A program made the translations under genes and the position numbers. A DNA stretch of 61,025 nucleotides, the filler included, from Sluysia triapertura (taxonomy: Eukaryota): the NCBI GenBank assembly GCA_046118255.1. It is 3 parts of 3 records of this genome, joined end to end, with 100 filler letters (N's around TTAATTAATTAA, not from the genome) between each part and the next. Parts side by side here need not be neighbours in the genome. Positions count along the whole stretch, not along the records: positions 27,136 to 45,617 come from JBJNIA010145276.1; positions 45,718 to 61,025 come from JBJNIA010231788.1; 1 more part is not named here. One strand, 5' to 3'. Below the pieces are notes generated by a model. It was not told the DNA's origin. It saw nothing but the letters and a program-made list of their open reading frames with translations, and did not search any database. This document shows positions 37,447 through 49,658 of this stretch, piece after piece. Every line of letters begins with the position of its first letter. Position 1 is the first letter of the stretch.

Positions 37447-40400
37447 ATGAATAAAGTAAAATATGCAATTACAAGTTCACCGATATGGTATAATTATCAT
37501 TCTTTAGATACACTTGAATGGTCATTGGAAGATAAATGTGGAGTATTTTTTTATGCATCAAGAAATTTTGTTTATTTTGTCAAAATCTGGGAAAAAAATG
37601 AAAATGGTGAGACTAAGTTTGAAACAGAATTTTTATCATATACTAAAATTCATCATGATAGTGTAATTGCGATATCCAGTATTGAGAATGGGAAATATAT
37701 CAGCACAAAATATCTAGCTAATTTTGTTTCTGTTGGAAAGGATTATATGGTTAAAGTTTGGAATTTTGGTGAGGATTATTCTATTAAGTGTTTAATTGAA
37801 TTTAATTTAAAGAATACAACACTGACTACTAGTCCCACCTGCATTAATGTATTACAAGGAAAAGTAGTAATAACAGGCTTCGAAAAAGGATTTGTTTTGC
37901 TTTGGAAATATGAATCAGAAAATGATTTTAAGTCGTTTAATATTGATAAAGACGACTTAAATATAATATCTACTAATGAATGTTTTGTAGCTTTCGGTTC
38001 AAAATCTGGTTATATATATGTCTATACAATAACGAATTTAACCTATTGCAAGTTGCACAAAATAAAAGCTCACAAATCAGAAGTATGTGGAATTCAGTGG
38101 AACCCACGGAAACAAAATATTGAGAAATGGGGAGATATTGCGTCATGCGGTAAAGATAGATACGTGAGACTATGGAATTTAAAAAACAGTTGTAGTGTTA
38201 AAAGTTTAATGCTACCAGCAGCAGCAAAGAAAGTTATTGGGCAAGATGAATTTTCAAATAATAAAGAATATACTCCTGGATCATCAAATTATTGTACTAT
38301 TTGTTGGTCCAATTTTCAAAATGGTAAATTGATTGTATCAACTGCATTTGGATTATTAGGTATTTGGAATAATTTTGACGCAGAAGAAATTTCTTATTTT
38401 AAAGGTACTCAATATGGAAAAAATCATAATCGAGCAGTGTTTAGCATAAAAACATTTAGTGCTTATTCCCAAGTTATAGTATCATGTAGCATGGATCGTT
38501 TAATTAATATATCAAAAATATCAGTATCAAAAGGATGTTCATATGAAGTTACTTTGCCTTGTGTTGGCGGTTCTGTATTAGCCTTGGCAGCTAGTAAAAT
38601 CAATAATCTTTTAGCTATAGGTTGTAGTGATAGTTTAATACGTTTGATGCGATTAGATTGTTCAGGGTCATCATCAAATAGCGAAATTACATATATTTGG
38701 AATGGAGTTAATGGTAAGGTATGTTCTTTAGATTGGCATCCATCTGTGGAAGGTCTCTTAACTTTTGGCACAGAAGAGGGTCAGGTGGGTTTCTTAAATT
38801 TAAATCATGATAGAAAAGCAGTTGTGAGTTCGATGAAGTATCACGAGGGCAAAGTATATACTGTTAAATGGGGTGTTGATATGCGTCAATGGCCAAAATG
38901 CACCAATATGCTTGTTTATTCAATAGGAAATTACAGTTTATATGGCCACAATTTTCGAGATTTAAATGATACTTTTAATATAAGTAATATATTCAACGGT
39001 ATAAAGTTAAAAATAAGTGAATTTTCTATAAATCCTTCAGAGAAGTGCTGTGCTATTGGGTATAATAATGGACTAGTGTCTGTGTATTCGTTACAAGAGT
39101 TTGATTTTTTGCGTCACATTTGTCAAATAAAGACGCATAACAAGGGAATCAATTATTTGGCATGGTCTCATGAACAATATCGACTAGCTATTGGGTCAAA
39201 TGAGAGATTTGTTACAGTATCAGATGTGGCAGCACTATTAACAGGAAATGAAGTAAGTGAAATAAGTGACAGTCTCGCGATTCTTAATGGCCATGGAGAT
39301 AGAGTTACGAGTATTAATTGGAGCCCATTTGATCAAGATCGAATTGTAACAGTTTCTTTCGATTTTACAGCTTTTGTTTGGAGTGTATCTACTGGTACAC
39401 CACTGGTTAGTTTTAATGGGCACTCAGGAAAATTATTCTGTTGTCTGTGGAGTTTTCGAGATGAACAACTTATATTTACTGGTGGAGATGATGCAAATCT
39501 GTTCGGATGGTACGTTTCAGAACAAACATTGGTAAATCAGCGCAATAGACGACGACCGATAGATACTTTATTCAAAACATTAAGTACAATTGAAACTCAA
39601 GATAAAAGTAGTAAAACCAATTTAAAAGAAAGTGAAAAATCAGTATCTTTAACAGATAATGCGTCAGGTTCTGGTAATATCACTGTTTCTACAATATTAA
39701 ATAGTTTAAGTAATTCGAATACAATTTTCAAGAAGAGAACCAGTCTTTTACCCACAACTTTGTTTCATGCTCATCATTCTGTAAACGATATGCAAAAAAC
39801 TTTGCTTATGTTTTTGAAATCAAAATCTGACTATGAAATGGTAAATAGTGATGCGTTCTTGGATTGTTTCAAATTATTTTTAAATCGCAAAGAAATACTG
39901 AAAACCATAAATAAAGACTTAGATCATCATTTAGAAACAAAAAATTTTTCGAATTATTTTATTCTACTTTTCTGGATTGGTAGGATTGATCAAGTTTTAG
40001 ATAATGCTATTCGTTTGAATTATACACCTGATTGGCTGACTAGTTTAATATTTGGTTCTTGTGCACCAAATAGTTGTATGAGTTCCGCTTATTTAGATAT
40101 GATAGTAACAAGTACTATTAAGAATAAAAAAGATTCAGTGTTAGCAGCTACCTATTATTTAGCATGCGGTAGAACAAATGATAGTATTCGAATTTTATTA
40201 TCTGAAAGTTGTACTAAAGAAGCTTTGTTTCTGGCAAAATTAAGATTAGATCATGTAAAAGTTGATAAAGAGCTATTTATTGAAATTTTGACGACTTTAA
40301 AAGATTTTTATTATAAGAATGGTAATTTTGAGTTTTCTTGTGCTGCTTGTTGTTGTCTTAATGATTTGAATGGTTTTCAAGATGGCCTTGAAAGGCGTTG

Positions 40401-40986
40401 TGGAGATATAAAAGAAAGTGATAGTTTGATTGTTTCGATGTTACCACATTGGTGTCGCATAGTTGGCGCGTTTTATTATTTTTCTGATATTTGCACAACT
40501 CAAAAATTAATATGTAATTTTGTATGTACTCTCTGCGTCAACTATTGCTATGATAAAAAAGATGATGTGCAGTATTGGTTAAATAAAATTCGACAAGATG
40601 CTTGTGAATTTAGTGGTTTTATTATGATATATGAATTATTTGTTATTCTGGTATCATTAGCTAACGATCCAATTCAGAAATTCAAAAATGTAATCGATAA
40701 TTATCAAATTAATATATTAAATTCAAATGGTAAATGGAAAAATTTATTAAACCATATCAATGATCGCTGTCAAGCTAAACAACTCAATCAAACCAATAAA
40801 AATCAACTAATTTTATATCTCACCTTAGAAATATTGTTATTTTTAGTTAATAACGATATTAATAAGAAAAACATATCTATAATTAATATTTCTCAGTTAA
40901 TTCATTACCTTATTGAAAGTAAAGATTCAACAGAATTTAATAATTATTTTATGAAATTAGATATAATGTTTTCATCTGATACATAA
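37447..40986 (+). CDS. GEMIN5: Gem-associated protein 5 (tandem WD40 propellers + TPR-like dimerisation region), single exon, 1179 aa
   Basis: First ATG at 37447. SSPIWY, LAIGCSDSLIRL, WNGVNGKVCSLDWHPSVEGLLTFGTEEGQVG, HEGKVYTVKWG, GHGDRVTSINWSP...VSFDFTAFVW, GHSGKLFCCLWS and AATYYL...KEALFLAKLRL parallel Gemin5 motifs in order. Confidence 0.92.
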   Translation: MNKVKYAITSSPIWYNYHSLDTLEWSLEDKCGVFFYASRNFVYFVKIWEKNENGETKFETEFLSYTKIHHDSVIAISSIENGKYISTKYLANFVSVGKDYMVKVWNFGEDYSIKCLIEFNLKNTTLTTSPTCINVLQGKVVITGFEKGFVLLWKYESENDFKSFNIDKDDLNIISTNECFVAFGSKSGYIYVYTITNLTYCKLHKIKAHKSEVCGIQWNPRKQNIEKWGDIASCGKDRYVRLWNLKNSCSVKSLMLPAAAKKVIGQDEFSNNKEYTPGSSNYCTICWSNFQNGKLIVSTAFGLLGIWNNFDAEEISYFKGTQYGKNHNRAVFSIKTFSAYSQVIVSCSMDRLINISKISVSKGCSYEVTLPCVGGSVLALAASKINNLLAIGCSDSLIRLMRLDCSGSSSNSEITYIWNGVNGKVCSLDWHPSVEGLLTFGTEEGQVGFLNLNHDRKAVVSSMKYHEGKVYTVKWGVDMRQWPKCTNMLVYSIGNYSLYGHNFRDLNDTFNISNIFNGIKLKISEFSINPSEKCCAIGYNNGLVSVYSLQEFDFLRHICQIKTHNKGINYLAWSHEQYRLAIGSNERFVTVSDVAALLTGNEVSEISDSLAILNGHGDRVTSINWSPFDQDRIVTVSFDFTAFVWSVSTGTPLVSFNGHSGKLFCCLWSFRDEQLIFTGGDDANLFGWYVSEQTLVNQRNRRRPIDTLFKTLSTIETQDKSSKTNLKESEKSVSLTDNASGSGNITVSTILNSLSNSNTIFKKRTSLLPTTLFHAHHSVNDMQKTLLMFLKSKSDYEMVNSDAFLDCFKLFLNRKEILKTINKDLDHHLETKNFSNYFILLFWIGRIDQVLDNAIRLNYTPDWLTSLIFGSCAPNSCMSSAYLDMIVTSTIKNKKDSVLAATYYLACGRTNDSIRILLSESCTKEALFLAKLRLDHVKVDKELFIEILTTLKDFYYKNGNFEFSCAACCCLNDLNGFQDGLERRCGDIKESDSLIVSMLPHWCRIVGAFYYFSDICTTQKLICNFVCTLCVNYCYDKKDDVQYWLNKIRQDACEFSGFIMIYELFVILVSLANDPIQKFKNVIDNYQINILNSNGKWKNLLNHINDRCQAKQLNQTNKNQLILYLTLEILLFLVNNDINKKNISIINISQLIHYLIESKDSTEFNNYFMKLDIMFSSDT

Positions 40987-41468
40987 CTAATTTGTATATT
41001 TTTTAAATTTGAATAAATTTTTCTTAGTGGTAATCTTAATATTTCGTATAATACGTGTTCATAAAGACACTAGTTTAAATAAACGAAAGCATAATAAAGT
41101 TTTAGTTTAGTTAAACTGTAAGGGTTTTAGTACATTTTTGAAGTAATATTTATAAATGAATCTTATATTTACAAATTATGAATGGCGCCAATAGGAAAAA
41201 TGAGATTACCTGCAGTTTTTATAAAAGCTTTAAGGGTTTCAAAAATCTGGCTTCACAACTGTACAATACGATGAATTTAGTACAAGTATTTACCAATGTA
41301 AAATAATTTAAAATGTCATAATAAAACTTTAAAATCATTTAAAAATCAATCAAAGTCATGTAAACTGTTTTAAAACTATTTGCAAATCTTTAAAATCACT
41401 TTAAAATAGTTATTTTCCGAAAACTAAATTATTTTTCGAAAAGAAAATTCGATTCTAAAAATAGAATA

Positions 41469-41515
41469 GAAGCTTCTAGAATGTTCTAGAACATTTCATC
41501 GATTTTCATTGGCTG
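41469..41515. promoter_or_regulatory. Heat-shock element plus CCAAT box in LTR-like repeat
   Basis: GAAgcTTCtaGAAtgTTCtaGAA (5 perfect units, 41469-41491), attgg at 41508. Confidence 0.6.
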
Positions 41516-42059
41516 ATGACTAGTATCAGTTTACTGAAAATCGCCATTTTGAAAAAATCATTTTGATTCAATTTTCAACGTTTTTGTTGGAGGAATTGTG
41601 AATTTTTAGTAACTGTTGGCAATTCGCAGTTAATTTAAAATTTGAAAAATATCTACTGGACAACAGCAAATCCATTTATTGGTAAATAATGTGTTTGTAG
41701 GATTAATCTCAAGTGTAGAAGTTGAAATTATAAAATATAAGTAAATTTTTTAAGTCCTCGATATATTGAGGGGTAAAATCAACGTAAAATATTTTAGTAT
41801 TAGATTAAATGCTCTCGGTGCTTTAATCCACAAAATAATGATTTTTACATTCTTTTGTCTTACTACTATCATTGTTAGAATTTTGTTATAAATAAAATTA
41901 AAGTTTTTGCATTATTTAATTATTAAAAGTTTAAGAGTAAATTATTAAAGTTTTCTGATAAAATTAAACTATTGAGCATAGTTTCTCAACCTTTGGGTCG
42001 TGGACTCGCGGCTTATTATAAATAATATAATATAAATATAAAATACATACAAAAAAATT

Positions 42060-43615
42060 AATTTGTACAATCAAAACGCTAATTAGCGATTTTCTGTCTT
42101 TCAAGTTCGCAATTGGTGTATCATTGATAAGAATGGAAAGGTTTGTATTATCTGGAATATTGTGAAAGTAGAAACATCTGTTGGGGCGAAATATGAGATT
42201 CGCAGATTTCGCATGTTCTACTATGGATTTAAGTGATCGCTAGAGGTAATTATGTGAACTACATAAGCAAGATAACGTGGAAATCATATTCTACGAATTG
42301 ATATGGAACCTTTACCAGAATTAAATCTATGAAAGAAATAATCAATGGCTAGACAGAAAAGGGTCATGGATATAGGACAACCCTGTTTAACTCCATATTT
42401 GATTGGAACTAGTACTAGTACTAACCTCGAATAGGTCTTTAATAAGGTGTATATCGTATGTTGGTTTAGACCCATGAGTAATAGAGTGTTCCAGATCACT
42501 TAGTGGTGGATAGAGCCAAGGGCATTGGCTAAGTCAAGAAATATTACGTGGGGCTCAGTTTTATTAGTTTTACGGGAGTGTAGTAAGTATTTAAGCTCAG
42601 TGCATCCGTCGGAACGTAACAACGCGGCCTGGTTAGAGCTTATTAAGTCACCATATGTATCCACGAAATAAGGCGATAGTTTAAAATTTTAGTAAAGATA
42701 CGACATGTACATTCGAGTATCGCAATAGGTCGCCAGGATGAAACTTCGTGCGCAAGAAGAAATTTTTTCGGTTTAACTATAATTAGGGTGGTGAAGGTTT
42801 TCCAGGCCCGTGTTATTTTTTGAAGGGAAATAATTTTATTAAAGAAAAGACATAGAAATATGGCCGAGGGATCAAAATTTTAAACATTTTCAAAAGTAAT
42901 CTTGTTTGATCAAGGAGAGGATTTTTTAAAAGATTTTAGGGTGATCTAGATTTCTGTTTCGGTTATTGAATCATTACATGATGCGTTCATATAGTAAGGC
43001 AGCATTCCAAGGAGAAACGATATCCCATATCCATAGTATTGACATATTTCAAACTCCGAGAGAGTAATAGGAGGGTACTATGTACCCTTGATTAGTTGGA
43101 ATGCTTTAGTCTGATTCTGTTCAAATATTTTGTCCAGATCAAGACTGATAGATTCCGAATTGCATGCTTTCTTTAAATTGGGATAGGATATTGGAAAATG
43201 TGGGTGGGAAAAGTTTATGTATCAAGTCAAAAAATTCGGAAAACGAATCATCAATAGAAAGGTTACCTTGTGAATTATATTACAAAGGGATTGAATTCAT
43301 TTACCTTTTGTGTTTAATGGTTGGGTTGCTTAATAGAGTGGGCCACAATATAGTATATTATTTTTCTTGCGGCGTCGATATCAGGCTGGCAGAACACATA
43401 AGGATATCAGGGTCATGTTTGCATTGTAGGCGATATTATAAATATAAGAGCCACAATCAGTAGGACCAACCTGAGTTGGATAGGGTATGCCGTTTATGAG
43501 AACTCTTGCCTAGGTGAATATAATTGCAATGTAGGGTATGTGGTCATGACATTTCTAAAAACGTCACAAAGGAGATATAGGTGACGGGTAGAGGTTTCCA
43601 AAGGGTCAAAGATGC
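42060..43615 (-). mobile_element. Decayed NeSL/R2-like non-LTR retrotransposon (Ulp1-like protease + RT)
   Basis: RT: WKTFTTLIIVKP, SSWRPIAILECTCRIFTKILNYRL, QAALLRSDGCTE, VIFLDLANALGSIHH, GVKQGCPISMTLFCLAID. Upstream IFDPL and PTQVGPTDCGSY. Multiple stops and frameshifts. Confidence 0.8.
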
Positions 43616-43616
43616 A

Positions 43617-43721
43617 ACTAAGCTGTCAGCCCCGTCTAACAAATTTGTTTTATTATAGTCAATTATATTATATTATTATAGTCAATTATATTCTATGGCA
43701 TTTTAGGCTTGTATCCCAACA
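43617..43721 (-). repeat. tRNA-like repeat, copy E (5' part)
   Basis: Reverse complement tgttgggatacaagcctaaaatgcc...ttgactataataa (x2)...gacggggctgacagcttagttg. Confidence 0.7.
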
Positions 43722-45617
43722 TTATAATAAAATAGATAATATAATAATGTCAAAGTCGAGGAATCCGAATCTGAAAATAAAATAATAATAATATTAAATA
43801 ATGATGAATAATACTAATAATATTAATAATAAAAAGAAAAACTCACCTTATTTAACCTTAAAATATATCTTACCTCTAAAAATAAATATTAATAATATTA
43901 ATAAGAAACTTAATGGATATATTCTTCATTCATTGGTGATCTAAAAATATAAATAATATTAATAATATTATTAATCATTTCTTACTGGAGATATAAATAG
44001 ACCATTGAGATCACAAAATAATCACAAGTCATTTTCTGAAAAATAAAGACTTTACTTAGCAGATTTTGTAGTTTAATAGGTAATGCAATTTTTGAAAAGC
44101 AGTACGTTATCTGATAAATCAATCATTTTTGTGGTAACATAAATCTATTCGTCGAAGAAATATTAGTAAACCCAATTAGTTGTTGGTAATATTGATCTTC
44201 TGCTCGTCGGAGAAATTTCAGCGTTTAACAATTTGGTAAATCAATTAAGTCAATGACATTTAGTCCACTCGTTGGAAAAGTTCTCGTATTAGATTCCTGC
44301 GTGACCTGAATAGAGAATTTATTTGATTTTGCGATCGAGAATTTCTTTTGAAACTATCAGTAAGCCTTTTATGTTAAGTTTAATCTCTGTTAGGAGATAT
44401 AAAAATATAACTCAAAATCTTAATCATCACGTTTAGTTTCGGCTTGACATAAAAACAATTTTAAAATATTATGATCATTTTTAGAAGTCTTTTCTAATAA
44501 TAATTTTAACTTATTTTTACTATTATTTGACATAAATTATTATATATTTCTCGTTTTTGATAATATATTTTGTAGTTTTGTCTTTGATTTAGTTGATTTT
44601 CTAAAGTAATTACTAAGTCACTTAAATTCGATTGAATTAAGCATAACATTTTAATTGATATTTAGAACTTACGAACAGTCATTAAGCTAAAGAAGCCAAT
44701 TTCAACCGAGTTGAATATGACATTTTATTAATATTTTAAAATATAAAGTAACAACAAATACTTAGATAAAAAGAAGCATAAATATAAAGTTTTATATTCT
44801 TAAATTGAAAAGTAACCATAATTAAGGAGGTGAATCTTTTAGGAATTTGCATACAAGATAGTTCTTTTCTAGAATTAAGCATTTAGATTAAGAAAGAGAA
44901 TAAGGTTTATAGGTGATTGATATAAGAAAGTTAGAACATAAGCTAATTGTGAGAAAAAAACCTCAGAAGTTTTCTAAGTATAATGGACTATAGATTCATA
45001 GTTTTTGTTATTAATTACAAGAAAAGAGTACACATTCGCATATATTTCAATTACAAGAAAAGATTTTTAAGTTTACGTGCTGTTACTTATGAGTGTATCT
45101 CTTTAGGATTAAAGCGCACATCGTAAGCAGATCTTTAGAATTAAATAATCAATTTTCAAAAGTATAAGAAAATACTAGCAATAATATAATTAATATAAAA
45201 TGAATAATATAACAAAATTATTGTGAATGCTTTAAATATCTATCGGATATAACAATTGTAAAGGTCATTGTTGAAAATCAGCGATTATTCAGTAATTAAA
45301 ATTTAGAATTTTAAAATTTTTAATAAATTATATTAATAATTTGTTAAATTATATTAAACATAAAATAAATTATATTCTAAATTTGTTTTAGAAGTTTTCT
45401 GAAAGGATAATTGGTTTTTGTAAACACAAAATAACTGACTTGTAACTTGATCGATTTTATAATTATGTTGCGTCTTTAAAACTTATGAATTATTAAGACT
45501 CACTATTATTATCTTGATCGTTTTAAGCCTTAATAATTTCAATAGATAGTATATCAAGTATAATTTTATCGTAATCTTATTTTATAGCTATGTCAATAAC
45601 TATTATACCAACTTCAA

Positions 45618-45717
45618 NNNNNNNNNNNNNNNNNNNNNNNNNNNNNNNNNNNNNNNNNNNNTTAATTAATTAANNNNNNNNNNNNNNNNNNNNNNNNNNN
45701 NNNNNNNNNNNNNNNNN
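45618..45717. other. Assembly spacer (N44-TTAATTAATTAA-N44)
   Basis: Same 100-nt linker as 27036-27135. Confidence 0.97.
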
Positions 45718-46519
45718 TACTAAAATCTATAATTTGAATATTATAATTATATATTTATTTGTTAATTCGTGTAAAGTTGTTTTATTTATTTGTCATAATA
45801 AATTTATCATTTTGTTGTAAAGTTCTAAGTTATAAAATTAAAGTTTAAAGAATTATTTGAAAATAGTGTAATAATAGTTTTAATAAATATAACATAACGA
45901 AAAGAAGTCAAGTTATAAGATTAACGTTCATTAATTAGTAAAATTAAAGATTATTGTTTCATATCTTAAACTTTTGTAAAGCTAAATTAACGTTTATTGA
46001 GATTAAACTTGAACTAGTGTAAAAGTATAAGTTTTCTTAGAAAAATTACAAGACAATACTAGATAGCAGTGACCCTCTTTACTAAATTCTTTTAGCAAAT
46101 TCCTACGTAGACGTCCTTCTTTAAGATAAATCGTTTAACGTAGGCGGACCCAATCTTTCATAATCGTTTAGGTAAAGAAAACCGAACAATATTACAATTT
46201 AATTTGGCAGTAGTTAGTTTAAGAAAAACACTAGCAAAAGAATAAACCAACTTATACAATTACAAAATACACCTATCCCCAGATTTACACGGTAGATACG
46301 TTCCTGAGAAAAACGTGTAAATCGAGAATTAAAAATTTTCAAATGCAATAAAAACAATAAAAAACTTATTTGGAAAACCGTATTAAATTTGATATCATTT
46401 ATTTTTTAACACTGGTCCTAAAATCGGTAGTAATATCATTCATTCTAGATTCTATTTAATTTATCATCAGTTATAAAATTACACAATACTAATCTCTCTT
46501 AAAAGGGGAACCCTTTTAT

Positions 46520-47350
46520 AATTTCAAATTTTCTAGCATTATTGCCACATGCTCAACTGACTCTTATTTCCAGTATTAAATTTAATTAATCAATTTGATA
46601 TTGAGTTAAAGATTAATAGCAAAGACTTTATTGTTATTAATGAGACAATCTTACTGCATAATACCATTGTTAAATTTAATGATTACGTTCTTCGGATCAA
46701 GATTTGCCTTGACCACCATTAATTCTTTAAAATAAATTAAACAGCATAAGCTTTCTTTTTCAGAAAACAACCATTTTAAAATGATCACTGCCTACCAGTA
46801 TTTCAAAATGTTATTTTAAGTGACGCGCTTACTCAAAAATATAAAGAAATGCATAATCATTTCAACAAGTTTAGGAACTTGACAAAGCGTTTTTAACTAA
46901 TCAAAGTCATTTCCGTTAATGAATGTCGTATTCACGTTATTTACGAATCATTAAGAACTATGTTTCATCAATTGTCATTGAACGAAAAGCAATGTTTGAG
47001 ATTCAAACTATAGTATTAAAGAATATAGCCACAATACCTCTACCATCAGTAATCGAATTAATGTACTACATTCGAATAACAATTTGCATTATTTAGATTT
47101 ATTAATATTGGGTTACATTACAACCTTATGTAAAATCGCGAGCACAAGCACATTCCATAGATCACACGCAATAAAGCATTAATGATTTGATTGCAAATAT
47201 TAGGATACCTTTCTAATTATCGCACGAACATTTAAATAAAATTATTTAAAAACAATCTGTATACTCAAATTACCAGATTTACCAATCAGCAGTGAAAAGC
47301 AAAAATGCTTCGAGATATTTCTTTCCTAAACTTGATATTAAGTCAAATAA
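46520..47350 (+). mobile_element. Possible heavily deleted LINE (APE + RT) relic
   Basis: Scattered motif-like pieces DFIVINET (APE-like), SLPTSISK, LTKxF and FHQLSLNEKQC in the expected order; no continuous frame. Confidence 0.3.
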
Positions 47351-48321
47351 CTTCCACAATTTAATCAACTTTACGAAGCCTAAAGTAAAAGCGAAATACT
47401 AAAATGGTTATTTAAATTAATTCACTAAGCAACAAATATAAATCTAAATTTTAATCAATCTAAATTAAAACCCTAGATAATTTTAAAATCAATAAAAACC
47501 TTTAAAATATATTTCAATAAAAATGAAAATTAATACGCAATTTTCTATTATAATATAAACAAGCGAAAAGTTCTATCAGCAAAATTGAATATTATTAATA
47601 AATGGAATAATATATTAGAGATTTGTATAAAGAACTTTAAAAATAAAATGTATCTACATAATCTTAAGAATACTATAATCTTGTAAAATGTAAATATGTA
47701 CAAATTAAAATAATATCAATAAAATAGTAGAAAATAAATATAAAATGTAAGATATAAAGCTTGGTCAATATTTGTTTTAATCCATATTAATTCAACATGA
47801 CTTAGTTATTCTAAATATTTTTATAGATTACATAATTTTTAAATATTTTAAGTTTGTTTAACCAAATTCTCAAATAATTTGATGAAAAAAATGAACTTAG
47901 CTCTTAAGAGTTGAATCAATGCCTCACACTTTGCATCATACAAAGCGATGCAAGACACGTAGAAAGCATAAGGCAAAATACTACGTTTCTATAAAGGTAT
48001 AAAACTAATTTTATAAGCAAATAATGAACCATGCTGAATTTGATGGATTTAAACAAGCATTTACCTATAAAACTGACTTTATCATAATTTTTTTATATAC
48101 AGGCTGTTTTGGCTATTTGTTAAAAAATTCCTAATATAAACATGTATAAAAAGATTGTAAAAATACTAAAAATGAGAAAATGCTTTTAAAGAAAAATTAA
48201 ATCATACCAAAAATGACTTAAATAAAAATGATTTTAAAACTAAAATTTTTTTGGATAAGATTTAATTGATAAAATGCAAAAAACTACTTTGGTTTTTATA
48301 ATTGGTATTTTTTGGTTAAGT

Positions 48322-49658
48322 TTAATTTTTTGAATCATTACCAGAGTAATTTGAATGATTATTGTATTCACCTTTTGGTCGTTTTAATTGCACTTTTAGT
48401 CGTTTGGAGCCTATTGGAAAGCCATTCATTTCACGAATAGCATTTTCAGCACTAACTGGATTATCAAAGCTAACAAAACCGAAGCATTTACTTTGATTGG
48501 TGGCACGGTCTAAGTAGACTTTGGCACTCACAACATTTCCATATGGTGTGAACAATTGGGCTAATGCTAAATCACCAAAATCCTGAGGCAAATGATAAAT
48601 AAACAGATTACTTCCAGGAGGTCCCGTTATTAAAGTATCTTTTACAGAACTGGAGTTGATGTTGTTAACTGAATTATTGATATTTGCGTAATGAACTGTA
48701 TTATCCTTTTGTAATGGGCTTTGTGGAGGTGCTAAAGTGATTGGAATAGGAAATTGGGTTATATTTGAAAGAATGGGTTGCTGAATTGCTACTTGAGGAG
48801 CTGCCAAATCTACATTAAAATGTTTGTAAATTATTGCGCAATACAACTAATATTACTCTAATTAATCATACTTACTATAACTACATTGTGATGGTAGCAA
48901 GGAATATATATTCGGAATGTGTAGGTTGTCTTGAATAATTGCTGGTATGTTTGTTAAATTAAAAGCAGTAGTTGGAAAGGGATTGCTTTGAAGTGGTGTA
49001 TCGATGGTTGGAATTGAATTAACGGAACTAGCTGTTTCAGCGGTAGATACTGTTACTGGACTATTTAATTGTGGGCTAAGGAGTGGATTTAACTGAGGAT
49101 AAACTTGAGCCATTTGCATTATAGCAATTTGATTAAAGAGGTTAATGGCTTGTTGATCTGCAGTACTTTGAGGCAATTGCTGTGCCAAATCAATTTTTAA
49201 TTTAAAAAAATCTTACAAAATAAGGAATTAAGTTGGGATTACAAGGATTTAAACACTGCATTGGTATACTAGTTATTTGATTTTTAATTTTGTCCTTTTC
49301 ATCAGCATGTCTAGCAATTAAATTCTGATCTTCTGCATTTAAACCATTAATAGCATTTTGGGCTTCATCTATAGTACTAAATGTTACTGTAGCTACCGCT
49401 ACATTTATAATAAATAATTAATTAATGTTATACTTTTATTGTTATTAGGATCTTTCTTTAAATTACACTGTTTCACTTGTCCATAAGTTTCGCACATTTT
49501 CTTAACGTCTTCTTCATCATAACTTTTTAACATTTCTAAGTAAATTTTGGCACTTTCTAATTTTTAAATAAATAATTAAGATTTTACTAACCATTTTCCG
49601 GTGACATGGAAAAACTCCTTTTGAAATTATCAAAATTAATGGGTGACGCAACCTGCAT
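48322..49658 (-). CDS. CELF: CELF/Bruno-family RNA-binding protein (CELF3-6/UNC-75 type)
   Basis: Exons 49658-49592, 49556-49434, 49398-49217, 49179-48876, 48809-48322 (introns 35, 35, 37, 66 nt) keep frame. Canonical RRM3 [18 protein letters not shown]...[18 protein letters not shown]...[11 protein letters not shown]. An extra upstream exon near 49804-49908 is possible. Confidence 0.9.

Noticed and set aside
38463-39423. Antisense ORFs inside GEMIN5
   Set aside because: Shadow frames with no motifs.
44030-44350. Integrase zinc-finger-like LYSGHAGI on minus strand
   Set aside because: Single short motif among stops.
46191-46215. LTR end plus primer-binding site (attaca...tggcag)
   Set aside because: 8-nt gap and no verifiable tRNA complement.
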